A stretch of DNA of 64,000 nt from an uncultured Oscillospiraceae bacterium (GTDB taxonomy: Bacteria > Bacillota > Clostridia > Oscillospirales > Oscillospiraceae), in the NCBI GenBank assembly GCA_934552825.1, contig CAKTEQ010000001.1:390068-454067 (forward strand). Reading direction: 5' to 3'. The translations under genes were made by a program, and so were the position numbers. The notes under the pieces were generated by a model. The model made no database searches. It worked only from the letters and a program-made list of their open reading frames with translations, and was not told the DNA's origin. Of this stretch, positions 1 to 9,457 are shown one piece after another. Positions within the stretch are counted from its first letter, which is position 1, and the number at the start of each line of letters is the position of its first letter.

Positions 1-96
1 TTGTTCATGATGTGTAATATTTTAAGTGCTATATTCATATCAATCAACGATTAGTTCATTCTGTGAACTGAAATTTTTACAGGCAGGTAATGAAAT

Positions 97-1038
97 ATGG
101 ATATCAGGAAAGTGACCGTTATCGGCGGCGGCGTACTCGGCAGCCAGATCGCGTATCAGAGCGCCTATGAGGGCTTCGACGTGGTGACCTACGCAAGGAG
201 CGAGGGGTCCATCGAGCGATCCCGCCCCAAGGTGGACCGGCTCCACTCCATCTACATAGCGGAGCTTCAGGCCGCTAAAAGCGGCGGCAGTGTGAGCCGC
301 GGGCTTGTGAACAATGCGGCGGACCTGAGCGGCATTGACTTTGACGCTCTTATCCGGCGTGCGGACGACGCATGGAAGAACTTCCGCTATGAGACGGATC
401 TAAAAAAGGCCGTTGATGACGCGGACCTTGTGATCGAAGCTCTCAGCGAGAATCCCGCGGAGAAAACCGCCTTCTACGAAAAGCTGAAGGACCTTCTCCC
501 AGAGAAAACTGTGATCGCCACAAATTCTTCAACTCTGCTGCCCAGCGTGCTGGCGGACTCTACGGGCAGACCCGAAAAATTTCTTGCGCTGCACTTTGCG
601 AACAACATATGGGAGCAGAACACGGCAGAGATAATGGGTCACGACCGCACGGCCCCCGAAGCTTATGACGCCGTTGTAAAATTCGCGGCAGACATCGGCA
701 TGATCTCTCTGCCCCTCAAAAAGGAGAAGGCAGGGTACATCCTCAACTCCATGCTTGTTCCCTTCCTCTTCTCAGCGCAGGAGATGCTTGTTGACGGCAT
801 TGCCGACGCGGAGACGATCGACAAGACATGGATGCTCGGCACGGGCGCACCAATGGGCCCCTTCCGCATTCTGGACGTGGTCGGCATCGAGACCGCGTAT
901 AACATCCTCTCCAACGATCCCCAGTCGCAGGATCCCGAATCGCTCTGCGGCAGAATTACAAAATTCCTCAAGGAGAACTACATAGACACCGGCAAGACCG
1001 GAATAAACGCGGGCGAGGGTTTTTACAAATACAAATAA
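97..1038 (+). CDS. 3-hydroxyacyl-CoA dehydrogenase family protein (NAD-binding)
   Basis: Intact 313-aa ORF. N-terminal Rossmann motif VIGGGVLGSQIA, then a family-typical central and C-terminal region (NSS..LHF, GPFRILDVVG). Confidence 0.75.
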   Translation: MDIRKVTVIGGGVLGSQIAYQSAYEGFDVVTYARSEGSIERSRPKVDRLHSIYIAELQAAKSGGSVSRGLVNNAADLSGIDFDALIRRADDAWKNFRYETDLKKAVDDADLVIEALSENPAEKTAFYEKLKDLLPEKTVIATNSSTLLPSVLADSTGRPEKFLALHFANNIWEQNTAEIMGHDRTAPEAYDAVVKFAADIGMISLPLKKEKAGYILNSMLVPFLFSAQEMLVDGIADAETIDKTWMLGTGAPMGPFRILDVVGIETAYNILSNDPQSQDPESLCGRITKFLKENYIDTGKTGINAGEGFYKYK

Positions 1039-1123
1039 TAATTTTTACAGAAAGGGGCGCCATGAGGCGTCTCTTTTGTGCTATACTGTTATCATCGTAT
1101 TCTGCAGAGAGAGGAGAACGCAG

Positions 1124-1783
1124 ATGATAACATATGAAGAACTCCGCAAAAATGAGGATATCAGGACATACATAAGGAAAGCCGACGAGAGCCTTGTCGC
1201 TCTGGGCTACACGGAGCACAGCTTCGCCCACGTGGGCAAAGTGGCCGAAAACGCGAAGTACATATTGGAGACTCTCGGCTACGATCAGCATGAGGTGGAA
1301 CTCGCCCAGATAGCCGCATATCTCCACGATATCGGTAACCTTGTAAACAGGGTAGAGCACTCTCAGTCCGGCGCCGTTATGGCGTTTCGAATTCTCAACA
1401 GCATGGACATCTCCGCCGGCGACATCGCAACTATCGTCACCGCCATAGGCAACCACGACGAGGGCACAGGCGTCGCCGTTAATCCCGTCGCCGCGGCGCT
1501 CATTATCGCCGATAAAAGCGATGTTCGCCGCAGCCGCGTGCGCAATAAGGACAAGAGCACCTTCGATATCCACGACAGGGTGAACTATTCCGTCAAGGAG
1601 TCCGCTCTGAAGATAAACGAGGCCCACACGCTCATAAAGCTCAAGCTCTCCGTTGACACCCATTACAGCTCTGTGATGGACTATTTCGAGATATTCATGG
1701 GGCGCATGAACATGTGCCGCAAGGCGGCGAAGGCCCTGGGGCTGGACTTCAAGCTCATCATCAACGAGCAGCAGCTCATGTGA
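1124..1783 (+). CDS. HD-domain metal-dependent phosphohydrolase
   Basis: H..HD..H..D pattern (EHSFAHV, YLHDIGN, GNHDE, IADKSD). Start moved to the ATG at 1124, which follows GAGAGGAG. Confidence 0.7.
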   Translation: MITYEELRKNEDIRTYIRKADESLVALGYTEHSFAHVGKVAENAKYILETLGYDQHEVELAQIAAYLHDIGNLVNRVEHSQSGAVMAFRILNSMDISAGDIATIVTAIGNHDEGTGVAVNPVAAALIIADKSDVRRSRVRNKDKSTFDIHDRVNYSVKESALKINEAHTLIKLKLSVDTHYSSVMDYFEIFMGRMNMCRKAAKALGLDFKLIINEQQLM

Positions 1784-1791
1784 GGTGCGCC

Positions 1792-2205
1792 GTGAGCAGA
1801 AAAACAGAATTGCTCCGGGCTCTGAAGTTCCTCGCCTTTTCCGCCAGTGCGGGCGTTATACAGCTCGTCTCTTTCACCCTTCTCAACAGTCTGACTTCTT
1901 TCGGGTACTGGGTGTGCTATATCGCGGCGCTGGTGCTCAGCGTGCTGTGGAATTTCACCTTCAACAGGAAATTCACCTTCAAGTCTGCCGCGAACGTACC
2001 CGTCGCCATGGGTAAGGTCGCAGGGTACTACCTGGTGTTCACGCCGCTTTCCACCTGGGGTGGCAGTGCCATTACAGCGGCCGGGTGGAACGAGTATCTC
2101 GTGCTTATCCTGACCATGGTCGTAAATTTCGTCACGGAATTTCTCTTCCAGCGCTTCTTCGTCTTCGGCAGGACTATCGATACCGCCGGAAAAGCCGAAA
2201 ACTGA
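1792..2205 (+). CDS. GtrA-family membrane protein
   Basis: About 137 aa with four hydrophobic helices and the GtrA-like stretch WNFTFNRKFTFKS. GTG start chosen just after the upstream stop codon. Confidence 0.6.
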   Translation: MSRKTELLRALKFLAFSASAGVIQLVSFTLLNSLTSFGYWVCYIAALVLSVLWNFTFNRKFTFKSAANVPVAMGKVAGYYLVFTPLSTWGGSAITAAGWNEYLVLILTMVVNFVTEFLFQRFFVFGRTIDTAGKAEN

Positions 2206-2209
2206 AAGT

Positions 2210-2249
2210 CAAAAGCGCCCGCCTCCCTGTAACAGGAGGCGGGCGCTTT
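2210..2249. terminator. bidirectional rho-independent terminator
   Basis: 16-bp perfect stem aaaagcgcccgcctcc/ggaggcgggcgctttt with A and T runs on both sides, between convergent genes. Confidence 0.75.
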
Positions 2250-2261
2250 TATTCTGTTTTG

Positions 2262-3998
2262 TCAATCCAGCGTCCACTGCTGGCTCTCGCTCTGGAGCCG
2301 GACCATGCGGGCAAACTCGCCGTCCACCCTGCTCATGAGCGTCTCGGGAGAACCCTGCTCCGCCACCTTGCCGTCCTTCAGCACCACTATCTTGTCGGCG
2401 CCGGATACCGTCCTCATGCGGTGGGCAATTATCAGCACCGTCTTGTCCTTTATGAGCCGGGAGAGCGCCGTCTGTATCGCCGTCTCATTCTCCACGTCCA
2501 GGCTTGCTGTCGCCTCGTCCAGCAGTATCACCGGGGCGTTCTTCAAAAACGCGCGGGCTATGGATATCCGCTGACGTTCGCCTCCGGACAGCTCGCACCC
2601 GTTCTCGCCTATGTTGGAGTTCCACTTATCCGGCAGCTTTTCCGCGAATTCGTCCACATTTGCCATGCGGGCGGCGGCGATGACATCCTCGTCTGTGGCG
2701 TCTGTCCTGCCTATGCGGATATTCTCCAGGATGGAATTGTCAAACAGCGTCACATCCTGGAACACTATGGAATACAGGGACATAAGTGTCTCCGGATCCA
2801 CTTTTGAAACGTCCATACCGCCGACAGTTATCCGCCCCTGCTGTATATCCCAGAAACGAGCCGCCAGGCGGGACACGGTCGTCTTGCCGCCTCCGGAGGG
2901 ACCGACCAGCGCCGTCACCTGTCCCTGCCTTGCGGTGAAGGACACGTCCCTGAGCACCGTTTCACCGCCGTCATAGGAGAAGCCCACGTGGTCAAACACT
3001 ATATCGCAGCCGTCATTCGTCAGCTCCTCCGCCCCCGTCTGTATGGGGCAGTCCTGTATTTCGTTCATGCGCTCAATATTGCTGTTTGTCGCAATTATGC
3101 CCGCAAGATTCTGGAGGGTGTTTTCCAGCGGGTCATACAGACGCGACGCTACAATGAGGAACATGAAAAACGTGAGCATATCCAAATTGCCCCGCATGAG
3201 CATATAGGCACCCGTGAGCGCCGTTGTCGCTATACCCAGGCGCAGCACAAGGCTCGCCGAAACAACGAACACCGAAGTTCCGAGTTCCGACTTTATAAGC
3301 CTGCTTTCCAGGGCACGCACCTTCTTTTCGAGCCCAGCGATGTATGTCTTTTCCGCATTGTTCGCCCGCAGGTCCTGCATGGCCTCCACGCACTCCTGTA
3401 TTCCCTCTTCGCAGGCAATACGCGCGCCCATTGACTTGCGCGCGAGATTTCTCTGCACCTTTGAGGCCAGCGCTACTATGGCAAAGGCAACAGGCAGCAC
3501 CCATATCACCGCCAGCGCCATACGCCAGTTGAAAAGCAGAAGCGAAAGGGCTATGAGCACGGTGGAGAGCATCGCCCCAATAAGCGGGCTGACGAAGTGC
3601 GACTGGCTCTGCTCCAGCACGGCGCAGTCGTTCATGATAGCTGATGTGAGGTCCGCCAGATCCTTCTTTCCGAAGAACGAGAGTGGGATCCGGCGCAGCT
3701 TCTCCGCGAGGCTTATCCGGCGTACTCCCGTCTCCTCATATGTGGCAAGGTACGTCCCGTCATACTCAAGGCGCGTCGTAACAAGTATCAGCACCGCCGC
3801 AATGACACAGCCCGCGGCATAAAACGGTATCCGTCCGCTTACCAGCGTGTCCCCCATCGCGTCCCGTATCAGGCAGTAAAGCAGGCTCACAGGTAGCATG
3901 AATGCTATATTCTGCAGGGCGCAGTAAACGCTGCCCTTTATCGTATCCACCGCGCCCTTGCGGGACAGGGCAAAGCGTCTTTGTAATTTCTTTATCAT
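2262..3998 (-). CDS. ABC exporter, fused permease/ATPase (multidrug-type half transporter)
   Basis: Six-TM N-terminal domain. Walker A GPSGGGKTT, signature LSGGERQR, Walker B LLDEATASLD, H-loop IIAHR. Confidence 0.9.
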   Translation of the reverse strand: MIKKLQRRFALSRKGAVDTIKGSVYCALQNIAFMLPVSLLYCLIRDAMGDTLVSGRIPFYAAGCVIAAVLILVTTRLEYDGTYLATYEETGVRRISLAEKLRRIPLSFFGKKDLADLTSAIMNDCAVLEQSQSHFVSPLIGAMLSTVLIALSLLLFNWRMALAVIWVLPVAFAIVALASKVQRNLARKSMGARIACEEGIQECVEAMQDLRANNAEKTYIAGLEKKVRALESRLIKSELGTSVFVVSASLVLRLGIATTALTGAYMLMRGNLDMLTFFMFLIVASRLYDPLENTLQNLAGIIATNSNIERMNEIQDCPIQTGAEELTNDGCDIVFDHVGFSYDGGETVLRDVSFTARQGQVTALVGPSGGGKTTVSRLAARFWDIQQGRITVGGMDVSKVDPETLMSLYSIVFQDVTLFDNSILENIRIGRTDATDEDVIAAARMANVDEFAEKLPDKWNSNIGENGCELSGGERQRISIARAFLKNAPVILLDEATASLDVENETAIQTALSRLIKDKTVLIIAHRMRTVSGADKIVVLKDGKVAEQGSPETLMSRVDGEFARMVRLQSESQQWTLD

Positions 3999-4001
3999 AC
4001 C

Positions 4002-5771
4002 TTACGCCTCCTTTGCGACCTTCCACTGCACCGAACTGTTGTATTCCAGCCACATTTTACTGAAAATGCCGTCTTTTCGGCACAGCTCATCGAAGCTGCC
4101 GCTCTCGGCGACGCGCCCGTCACACAGCACGAATATCTTGTCCGCATTCACCACCGTAGTCAGCCGGTGGGCTATCATTATGACAGTTTTGCCCGCCGCG
4201 AGCCGGCTCAGCGCCGCCTGGACCTTCGTCTCGTTGTCCGGGTCCGCAAAGGCCGTCGCCTCGTCCAGGATTATCACGGGCGCGTCCTTGAGGATAGCCC
4301 GGGCAATGGCTATGCGCTGAGCCTCCCCTCCGGAGAGGTATACGCCGCCGGTTCCGATGAGCGTATCCGCGCCGTCCGGGAATTTCTCCACGATATCCGT
4401 GCACATAGCCGCGGAGAGCGCCGCGCGCACCTCTTCATCCGTCGCGTCTGGTCTTCCCATGCGGACATTATCCAGTATGCTCCCCTTTATAAGGTGACTG
4501 TTCTGGAACACGAAGGACACCGTGTTCATCAGCTCCTCTTTGTCCATATCTTTTACATCGACGCCGCCTGTCCTCACGGTGCCCTTATCCGGGTCAAAGA
4601 AACGCGCGGCGAGATTTGCAAGGGTCGTCTTTCCACCTCCCGAGGGACCCACAAGGGCGGCAGTCTGCCCGGCTTCCACCGTGAGAGTCACTCCGTCCAC
4701 CGCGTTTTTCGCGCCGTCATAGCTGAAAACAACATCTTTGAGCTCCACAGCGCTGCTCTCGGGATGACAGGGGGTTTCCGGCTGGCTGAGAGGTTTAGTG
4801 TCCAGCACCGCGTCTATTCGCCCGATCGCATCCTCAACTATCATGCCGTTTTCGCTCATGAACATAAGCTTCGTCAGGCTCAGGGAGACCACGGGCGTGA
4901 TTATGATATAGAACAGAAGGTTGAGCAGAAGCTCCCTTGTTACGCCGCCCTTCGAAAACCAAAATCCTCCGAGAATAAGGAAGGCGAAGACGCTGTTTAT
5001 AGCCAGCGTGTAAAACGCCATGGGTCCCCGCAGTTCTTTCGTATAGGCCACGGTCCACTTTTCGTAGTTATCTATCGTGCCCTTGAACTTCTTGAAAGAG
5101 TATACCGTCTGCCCGAAGGTCTTGACAACGGGAATGCCCCTGACATATTCGACCGCCTCGTTCGACATATCCGCCAGGGCATTCTGATACTGGGTCATCT
5201 TCTCCTGCATGCTTTTCCCCGTCATCTTCGTCATGCATGCAAAGCCCAGGGCGACTGGTGCCAGACTGAGCAGCCCCAGCCGCCAGTCAAACACGAACAG
5301 CAGCGCCAGCAGCCCCAGAATAGTCGCCACAGCCTTCGCCTTATCCGGCAGCTGATGGGCAAGATACGTCTCGGCGGCACCGCTTGTCTCCGATATCGTG
5401 CGGCGCAGCTTTCCGCTCCCGAACTGCTCCAGTACCCCAAGAGGCAGCGCCGCTATATGCTTCGTCAGCGTAAGGCGCAGGTTCGTCGCTACACGGAACG
5501 CCGCGAGATGGGAGCACATGAGTGCGCCGATATACACGATTATGGCAGACGCCGCAAACAGTACTGCCATCCAGCCGTAGCCGGCAATATGCACCGCCGC
5601 CGAATAATCCGGCGCCGCCTCCAGCACCTCCCGCAATATCCGCCAGATATACCAGAACGGTACAAGGGCGAGCAGTGCGCTCACCGCAGCGAACGCCCAC
5701 GAGAGGCAGGTCAATATCCGGTAGCTCCCGGCATATCCCAGCAGTCTTTCCAAATTTGATGGTTTCTTCAA
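4002..5771 (-). CDS. ABC exporter, fused permease/ATPase (partner half transporter)
   Basis: Walker A GPSGGGKTT, signature LSGGEAQR, Walker B ILDEATAFAD. A TTG start at 5771 is preferred because it lies 8 nt after AGGAGGG. The maximal ORF reaches 5822. Confidence 0.85.
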   Translation of the reverse strand: MKKPSNLERLLGYAGSYRILTCLSWAFAAVSALLALVPFWYIWRILREVLEAAPDYSAAVHIAGYGWMAVLFAASAIIVYIGALMCSHLAAFRVATNLRLTLTKHIAALPLGVLEQFGSGKLRRTISETSGAAETYLAHQLPDKAKAVATILGLLALLFVFDWRLGLLSLAPVALGFACMTKMTGKSMQEKMTQYQNALADMSNEAVEYVRGIPVVKTFGQTVYSFKKFKGTIDNYEKWTVAYTKELRGPMAFYTLAINSVFAFLILGGFWFSKGGVTRELLLNLLFYIIITPVVSLSLTKLMFMSENGMIVEDAIGRIDAVLDTKPLSQPETPCHPESSAVELKDVVFSYDGAKNAVDGVTLTVEAGQTAALVGPSGGGKTTLANLAARFFDPDKGTVRTGGVDVKDMDKEELMNTVSFVFQNSHLIKGSILDNVRMGRPDATDEEVRAALSAAMCTDIVEKFPDGADTLIGTGGVYLSGGEAQRIAIARAILKDAPVIILDEATAFADPDNETKVQAALSRLAAGKTVIMIAHRLTTVVNADKIFVLCDGRVAESGSFDELCRKDGIFSKMWLEYNSSVQWKVAKEA

Positions 5772-5869
5772 AACCAATCCCTCCTTTTCTATTCCTCTGT
5801 TCACGACCATGAATGGTCTCAACGATATGTTAGTTATTTCTAACAGCGTGTCAAAAAATTACGAGGCAT

Positions 5870-6484
5870 TCACTGCCCCATAATTTTCTGCCAGCCGGCG
5901 GTATAAAAGTCATTCAGCTCCTGAAGATACATCATTGCGTCATCCAGGGGCATATCGTGGATCACCATCTCGAAATAAGCGTTCATCATGCCCGTGACGA
6001 GAATATGCTCAAGGCGCGGATCCGTCTCCGGGACGCTGCGCCCCATTCCCCGCAGTGCCTCCCGGTACTTTTTCGTGGCGTCCAACTCAAGCTCAACAAG
6101 CTCATCCATGAGGGTTTCACATCTCGTCCCCTGGGCGCACTGGAGAATAAGGCGGCTCTCCGCCTTATGGTCATACATGTACAGCAGCAATTCCTCCATG
6201 CAGTCTCTGCCCGCCTCTCCCATATGCCGGAGCTGCTCCTGAGGCGCAAGGTCCGCGAAAGCTCTGAGCGCCGCCTTATACCTGCTCGTGAGATGGTTGT
6301 AAACTTCTCCCGTGATGGCGGCAAAAAGCTCCTCTTTCCCGGCATAGTAGCCGTAGAGAGCACCCGTGGTCACGCCCGCGTTCTTCACTATATTCCGCAG
6401 GGACGCCGACTCGAACCCCTTTTCCAGAAATTCCGCCTTTGCCGCCGCCAGAATGCGCTCCTGTGTTCCTCGTTCAACTGTCAT
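5870..6484 (-). CDS. TetR/AcrR-family transcriptional regulator
   Basis: N-terminal TetR HTH (FLEKGFESASLRNIVKNAGVTTGALYGYY). ATG at 6484 follows GGAGAA. Confidence 0.85.
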   Translation of the reverse strand: MTVERGTQERILAAAKAEFLEKGFESASLRNIVKNAGVTTGALYGYYAGKEELFAAITGEVYNHLTSRYKAALRAFADLAPQEQLRHMGEAGRDCMEELLLYMYDHKAESRLILQCAQGTRCETLMDELVELELDATKKYREALRGMGRSVPETDPRLEHILVTGMMNAYFEMVIHDMPLDDAMMYLQELNDFYTAGWQKIMGQ

Positions 6485-6503
6485 TCCGTTCTCCTGTAAC
6501 GCC

Positions 6504-6526
6504 ATTATATAACAGCGTTATATAAT
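6504..6526. promoter_or_regulatory. putative TetR operator (10-bp perfect inverted repeat, 3-bp spacer)
   Basis: attatataac-agc-gttatataat sits directly upstream of tetR and overlaps the predicted -10 element. Confidence 0.5.
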
Positions 6527-6550
6527 AGTTTCCCGATTTTCCCGTGTCAA
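6522..6550 (-). promoter_or_regulatory. putative sigma-A promoter of the tetR/ABC operon
   Basis: On the minus strand: TTGACA, 17 nt, TATTAT. Confidence 0.4.
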
Positions 6551-6572
6551 GCCCCAAGGGCCTGTTTTTATG

Positions 6573-6602
6573 AAAAAAGGCCGCCCCGAAAGGCGGCTTT
6601 TC
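6573..6602 (-). terminator. rho-independent terminator after lysR
   Basis: GC stem gccgcc/ggcggc with flanking A:U extension, followed by a U-run on the minus strand. Confidence 0.7.
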
Positions 6603-6608
6603 CACATA

Positions 6609-7478
6609 TTATTCTTCTTTCATTGCTTCCTTTGCGTATTCCACGAACTCTTTGACCGCAGGGGGTGCGCTGTCGAGGGAGGGCATACCAATTCCTATAT
6701 CCACATACTGAGGCGGATCGATAGGCAGGGCTACAACGTCGCCCCTGAGCTGCTCGGCAATAAGGGCATTGAAGGAGCCTATGCCCATGCCTGACTCCAC
6801 CATGCAGACAAGCCCCAGCGTATCATTGCAGGAATAGCGGATATTGGGTGTTATCCCGTTATTCTGGAACATGAGCGTGCAGTCCGTCTCCACACCGGGA
6901 TATATCTCGATATACGGCTCTGTCTCGAACGCCTTTATGGGAAACGCTTCCGCCCCTGCGAGGGGATGATCCTTGGAAACTATGACCACCATCTCGTCCT
7001 TGCGCAGATGTATCCAGTCATAATCGCCGTCTCGGCGGCTCATTATGCAGAAATCCGCCTGACGCTCCCGGATGGCGCTGTCCAGCTTACTGCTGGCGCC
7101 CTCGATAATATTGACCTGGATACCAGGGTGCGCCTCGCAGAAGCGGCTTATCACCTGGATGAGCTTGCGGTAATAGGCCCCGTAAGAGTTGCCGATAGTT
7201 ATGGTGCCCGTCTCAAGCCCCATTATAGCGGCTGCCATCTGGTTATACTGCTGGGACAGGCGCACCATCTCCCTTATTGTGGGCAACAATTCCTCGCACT
7301 CACGGGTGGGCACAACACCGCCCCGGCTGCGCGCCAGCAGGGGAAAACCGGTTTCCGCTTCCAGGGCCACCATCATCCGGCTCACGCCGGATGGCGTATA
7401 CCCGAGCTGTTCCGCCGTTTCCGAAAGGGTCCCTTTTTCGATCGCCGTGAGCAAAACCTTATATTTCTCTATCTCCAT
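6609..7478 (-). CDS. LysR-family transcriptional regulator
   Basis: N-terminal LysR HTH (LSETAEQLGYTPSGVSRMMVALE) plus a substrate-binding domain; 289 aa. Confidence 0.9.
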   Translation of the reverse strand: MEIEKYKVLLTAIEKGTLSETAEQLGYTPSGVSRMMVALEAETGFPLLARSRGGVVPTRECEELLPTIREMVRLSQQYNQMAAAIMGLETGTITIGNSYGAYYRKLIQVISRFCEAHPGIQVNIIEGASSKLDSAIRERQADFCIMSRRDGDYDWIHLRKDEMVVIVSKDHPLAGAEAFPIKAFETEPYIEIYPGVETDCTLMFQNNGITPNIRYSCNDTLGLVCMVESGMGIGSFNALIAEQLRGDVVALPIDPPQYVDIGIGMPSLDSAPPAVKEFVEYAKEAMKEE

Positions 7479-7542
7479 AACTACGCTCCGTTATCATTGA
7501 TAATCCTTCAATCTCTCGTTGACTAAATCTCCATTTCACTAA

Positions 7543-7571
7543 AGAATACAGCATCATCGCCCTTATGTCAA
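7543..7571 (-). promoter_or_regulatory. putative sigma-A promoter of lysR
   Basis: On the minus strand: TTGACA, 17 nt, TATTCT. Confidence 0.4.
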
Positions 7572-7634
7572 GTCCCTTGGCATATACATGAGGAGCCGGC
7601 AACGACCGGCTCCTCACTGCGTCAATTCCTGATA

Positions 7635-8531
7635 TTACCGTTTCCTGCCTCTTATCATGTTAAGGGCTATGTACACGCCTAAAAGCAGGACGATGGAGCC
7701 CGTGAGGACAACATACATCGCCCCCGTGCTGACCTTATCGCCGAAAAAGTAGATATTGCAGTCTACGGAATCCTTTATGCTCTCCACTACCTCCGCCGGG
7801 AAGCCGATCTGCCCCATCTCCCGGAACACCCCCGCGAGAGCGTGGTTTCGGATCAGGCTCGTGCCATAAGTGCCGGGCAGGAAGGCGAGGACCTTCTGCA
7901 GCCCGGATCCGAACTGGGATATGGGCATATAAGCTCCGCAGATAAAACCATAGCCCGCGCTGACCACTGTCCCGACGGCGGATATCTGCCCCTGGGAGGT
8001 GAGGAAGGAGTTCACGATGCTGCTCAGCGCCGTACCGAAAAGTACAAGCAGGAACACGTCGAGCAGCACAAGGAGCACATCGCCGGCGGACATATACCAC
8101 CCCGTGGCGGAGAGGTATATGAGGCACGCGCCTGTGGCTATAACGCACACCAGCAGCGTGGAGATAAGCGTCGCCGCATAGTATCCCAGCGCGAGGGCAG
8201 AGTTTTTGACAGGCGTCACGGTCAGATCCCCCCGGGCGCCTGTCACCTTGTCCTGCACCATTATCATGTTGCAGCAGAACGACACGGTTATGCAGCTCAC
8301 CGCCAGCAGAGATGAGAACAGCTCTCCGCCCACAGTGCCGTTTATGAGGTCGTCGGAGATCTTCATGAAATCCGGCAGCGCCGACACAAAGCTGTTCCTA
8401 TACACACTGGCGAGGAAGGTCGCATAGAGCACCAGCAGGATTATGGGCGTTATAAGTGACGCGAAGAACATACCCTTATCCTTGAAAAACAACTTGCAGT
8501 CTCGGCGTATAAGATTACCAAGTCCCGTCAT
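7635..8531 (-). CDS. ABC-2 type transporter permease
   Basis: 298-aa polytopic membrane protein. Its start overlaps the upstream ATPase stop by 4 nt. Confidence 0.8.
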   Translation of the reverse strand: MTGLGNLIRRDCKLFFKDKGMFFASLITPIILLVLYATFLASVYRNSFVSALPDFMKISDDLINGTVGGELFSSLLAVSCITVSFCCNMIMVQDKVTGARGDLTVTPVKNSALALGYYAATLISTLLVCVIATGACLIYLSATGWYMSAGDVLLVLLDVFLLVLFGTALSSIVNSFLTSQGQISAVGTVVSAGYGFICGAYMPISQFGSGLQKVLAFLPGTYGTSLIRNHALAGVFREMGQIGFPAEVVESIKDSVDCNIYFFGDKVSTGAMYVVLTGSIVLLLGVYIALNMIRGRKR

Positions 8532-9439
8532 TTCTCCACACCTCCCAGCTTCTTGCCCGTAACGGCGAGGAACACATCGTCCATTTTGCCCTTTGTTATT
8601 TCATAGTCCCGGAATATCTCCGGGTGGCGGATTATGAGCTCTGTGGCTGCGGCGGTATCCGGCACGGACACACGCACAGCGTCCCGCAGCTCCTCCGCCG
8701 GCAGCCCCAGCGGCGCCGCGTCCCCGGGCGTCAGTCCGTAGAGGGTTATGAAATCCCCGGTATAGCGGTTCTTTAGTTCTAGGGGGGTGCCCTCCGCCGC
8801 TATTTTCCCACTGTCGAGAATTATCACGTAATCGGCGTCGGCAGCCTCCTCCATGTAGTGGGTGGTGAGGAACACCGTCATCTTCTCGTCGTGCCGGAGC
8901 TGCTGAATAACGCTCCAGAGGAGCTTCCGGGTCTGGGGATCAAGCCCTGTTGTGGGCTCGTCAAGAATAAGTATCTCAGGACGGTGGAGCAGCGCCCTGG
9001 CGATGTCTATGCGCCTGCGCTGACCTCCGGAGAGCTTACCAACGGTGCGGTTAAGAAGATTTTCAAAATCCAGCACCTTCGCCAGCTCGCCCATGCGCTT
9101 TTTGAATGCCTCGCCTGTTATTCCGTAAAGGGCAGCGCGGCTGCGGAGGTTATCCCTGACTGTGAGTGACTGATCCAGAACGGAATTCTGGAAAACCACG
9201 CCCAGCTTTCTCGTTATATCCTCTATGCCGTGGTCGATATCATGACCGCAGACAAGAACTTTTCCCCCGTCCTTGGACTGCTGTCCGCAGATGATGGATA
9301 TTGTCGTGCTCTTCCCAGCGCCGTTCACGCCCAGGAAAGCGAACAGCTCCCCCTGATTCACGTGGAAGGACAGGTCCTGCACCGCTTTGACATCCCCAAA
9401 GCTTTTTACAAGGTGCTCTATGTCTATTATGTGTTCCAT
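8528..9439 (-). CDS. ABC transporter ATP-binding protein (DrrA/BcrA-like)
   Basis: Walker A GVNGAGKST, signature LSGGQRRR, Walker B LILDEPTTGLD. Confidence 0.9.
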   Translation of the reverse strand: MEHIIDIEHLVKSFGDVKAVQDLSFHVNQGELFAFLGVNGAGKSTTISIICGQQSKDGGKVLVCGHDIDHGIEDITRKLGVVFQNSVLDQSLTVRDNLRSRAALYGITGEAFKKRMGELAKVLDFENLLNRTVGKLSGGQRRRIDIARALLHRPEILILDEPTTGLDPQTRKLLWSVIQQLRHDEKMTVFLTTHYMEEAADADYVIILDSGKIAAEGTPLELKNRYTGDFITLYGLTPGDAAPLGLPAEELRDAVRVSVPDTAAATELIIRHPEIFRDYEITKGKMDDVFLAVTGKKLGGVEK

Positions 9440-9457
9440 TTATCCCTCTCCCAACTT

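Noticed and set aside
4167-5759. 530-aa plus-strand ORF opposite the ABC exporter. Similar long antisense ORFs occur at 15333..16622, 29043..30239, 33933..35222, 45033..46520, 51463..52905, 56631..58235 and 59505..60527.
   Set aside because: All are antisense to strongly supported genes, lack motifs and have biased Arg/Gly/His/Leu content. They are artefacts of GC-rich codon usage.
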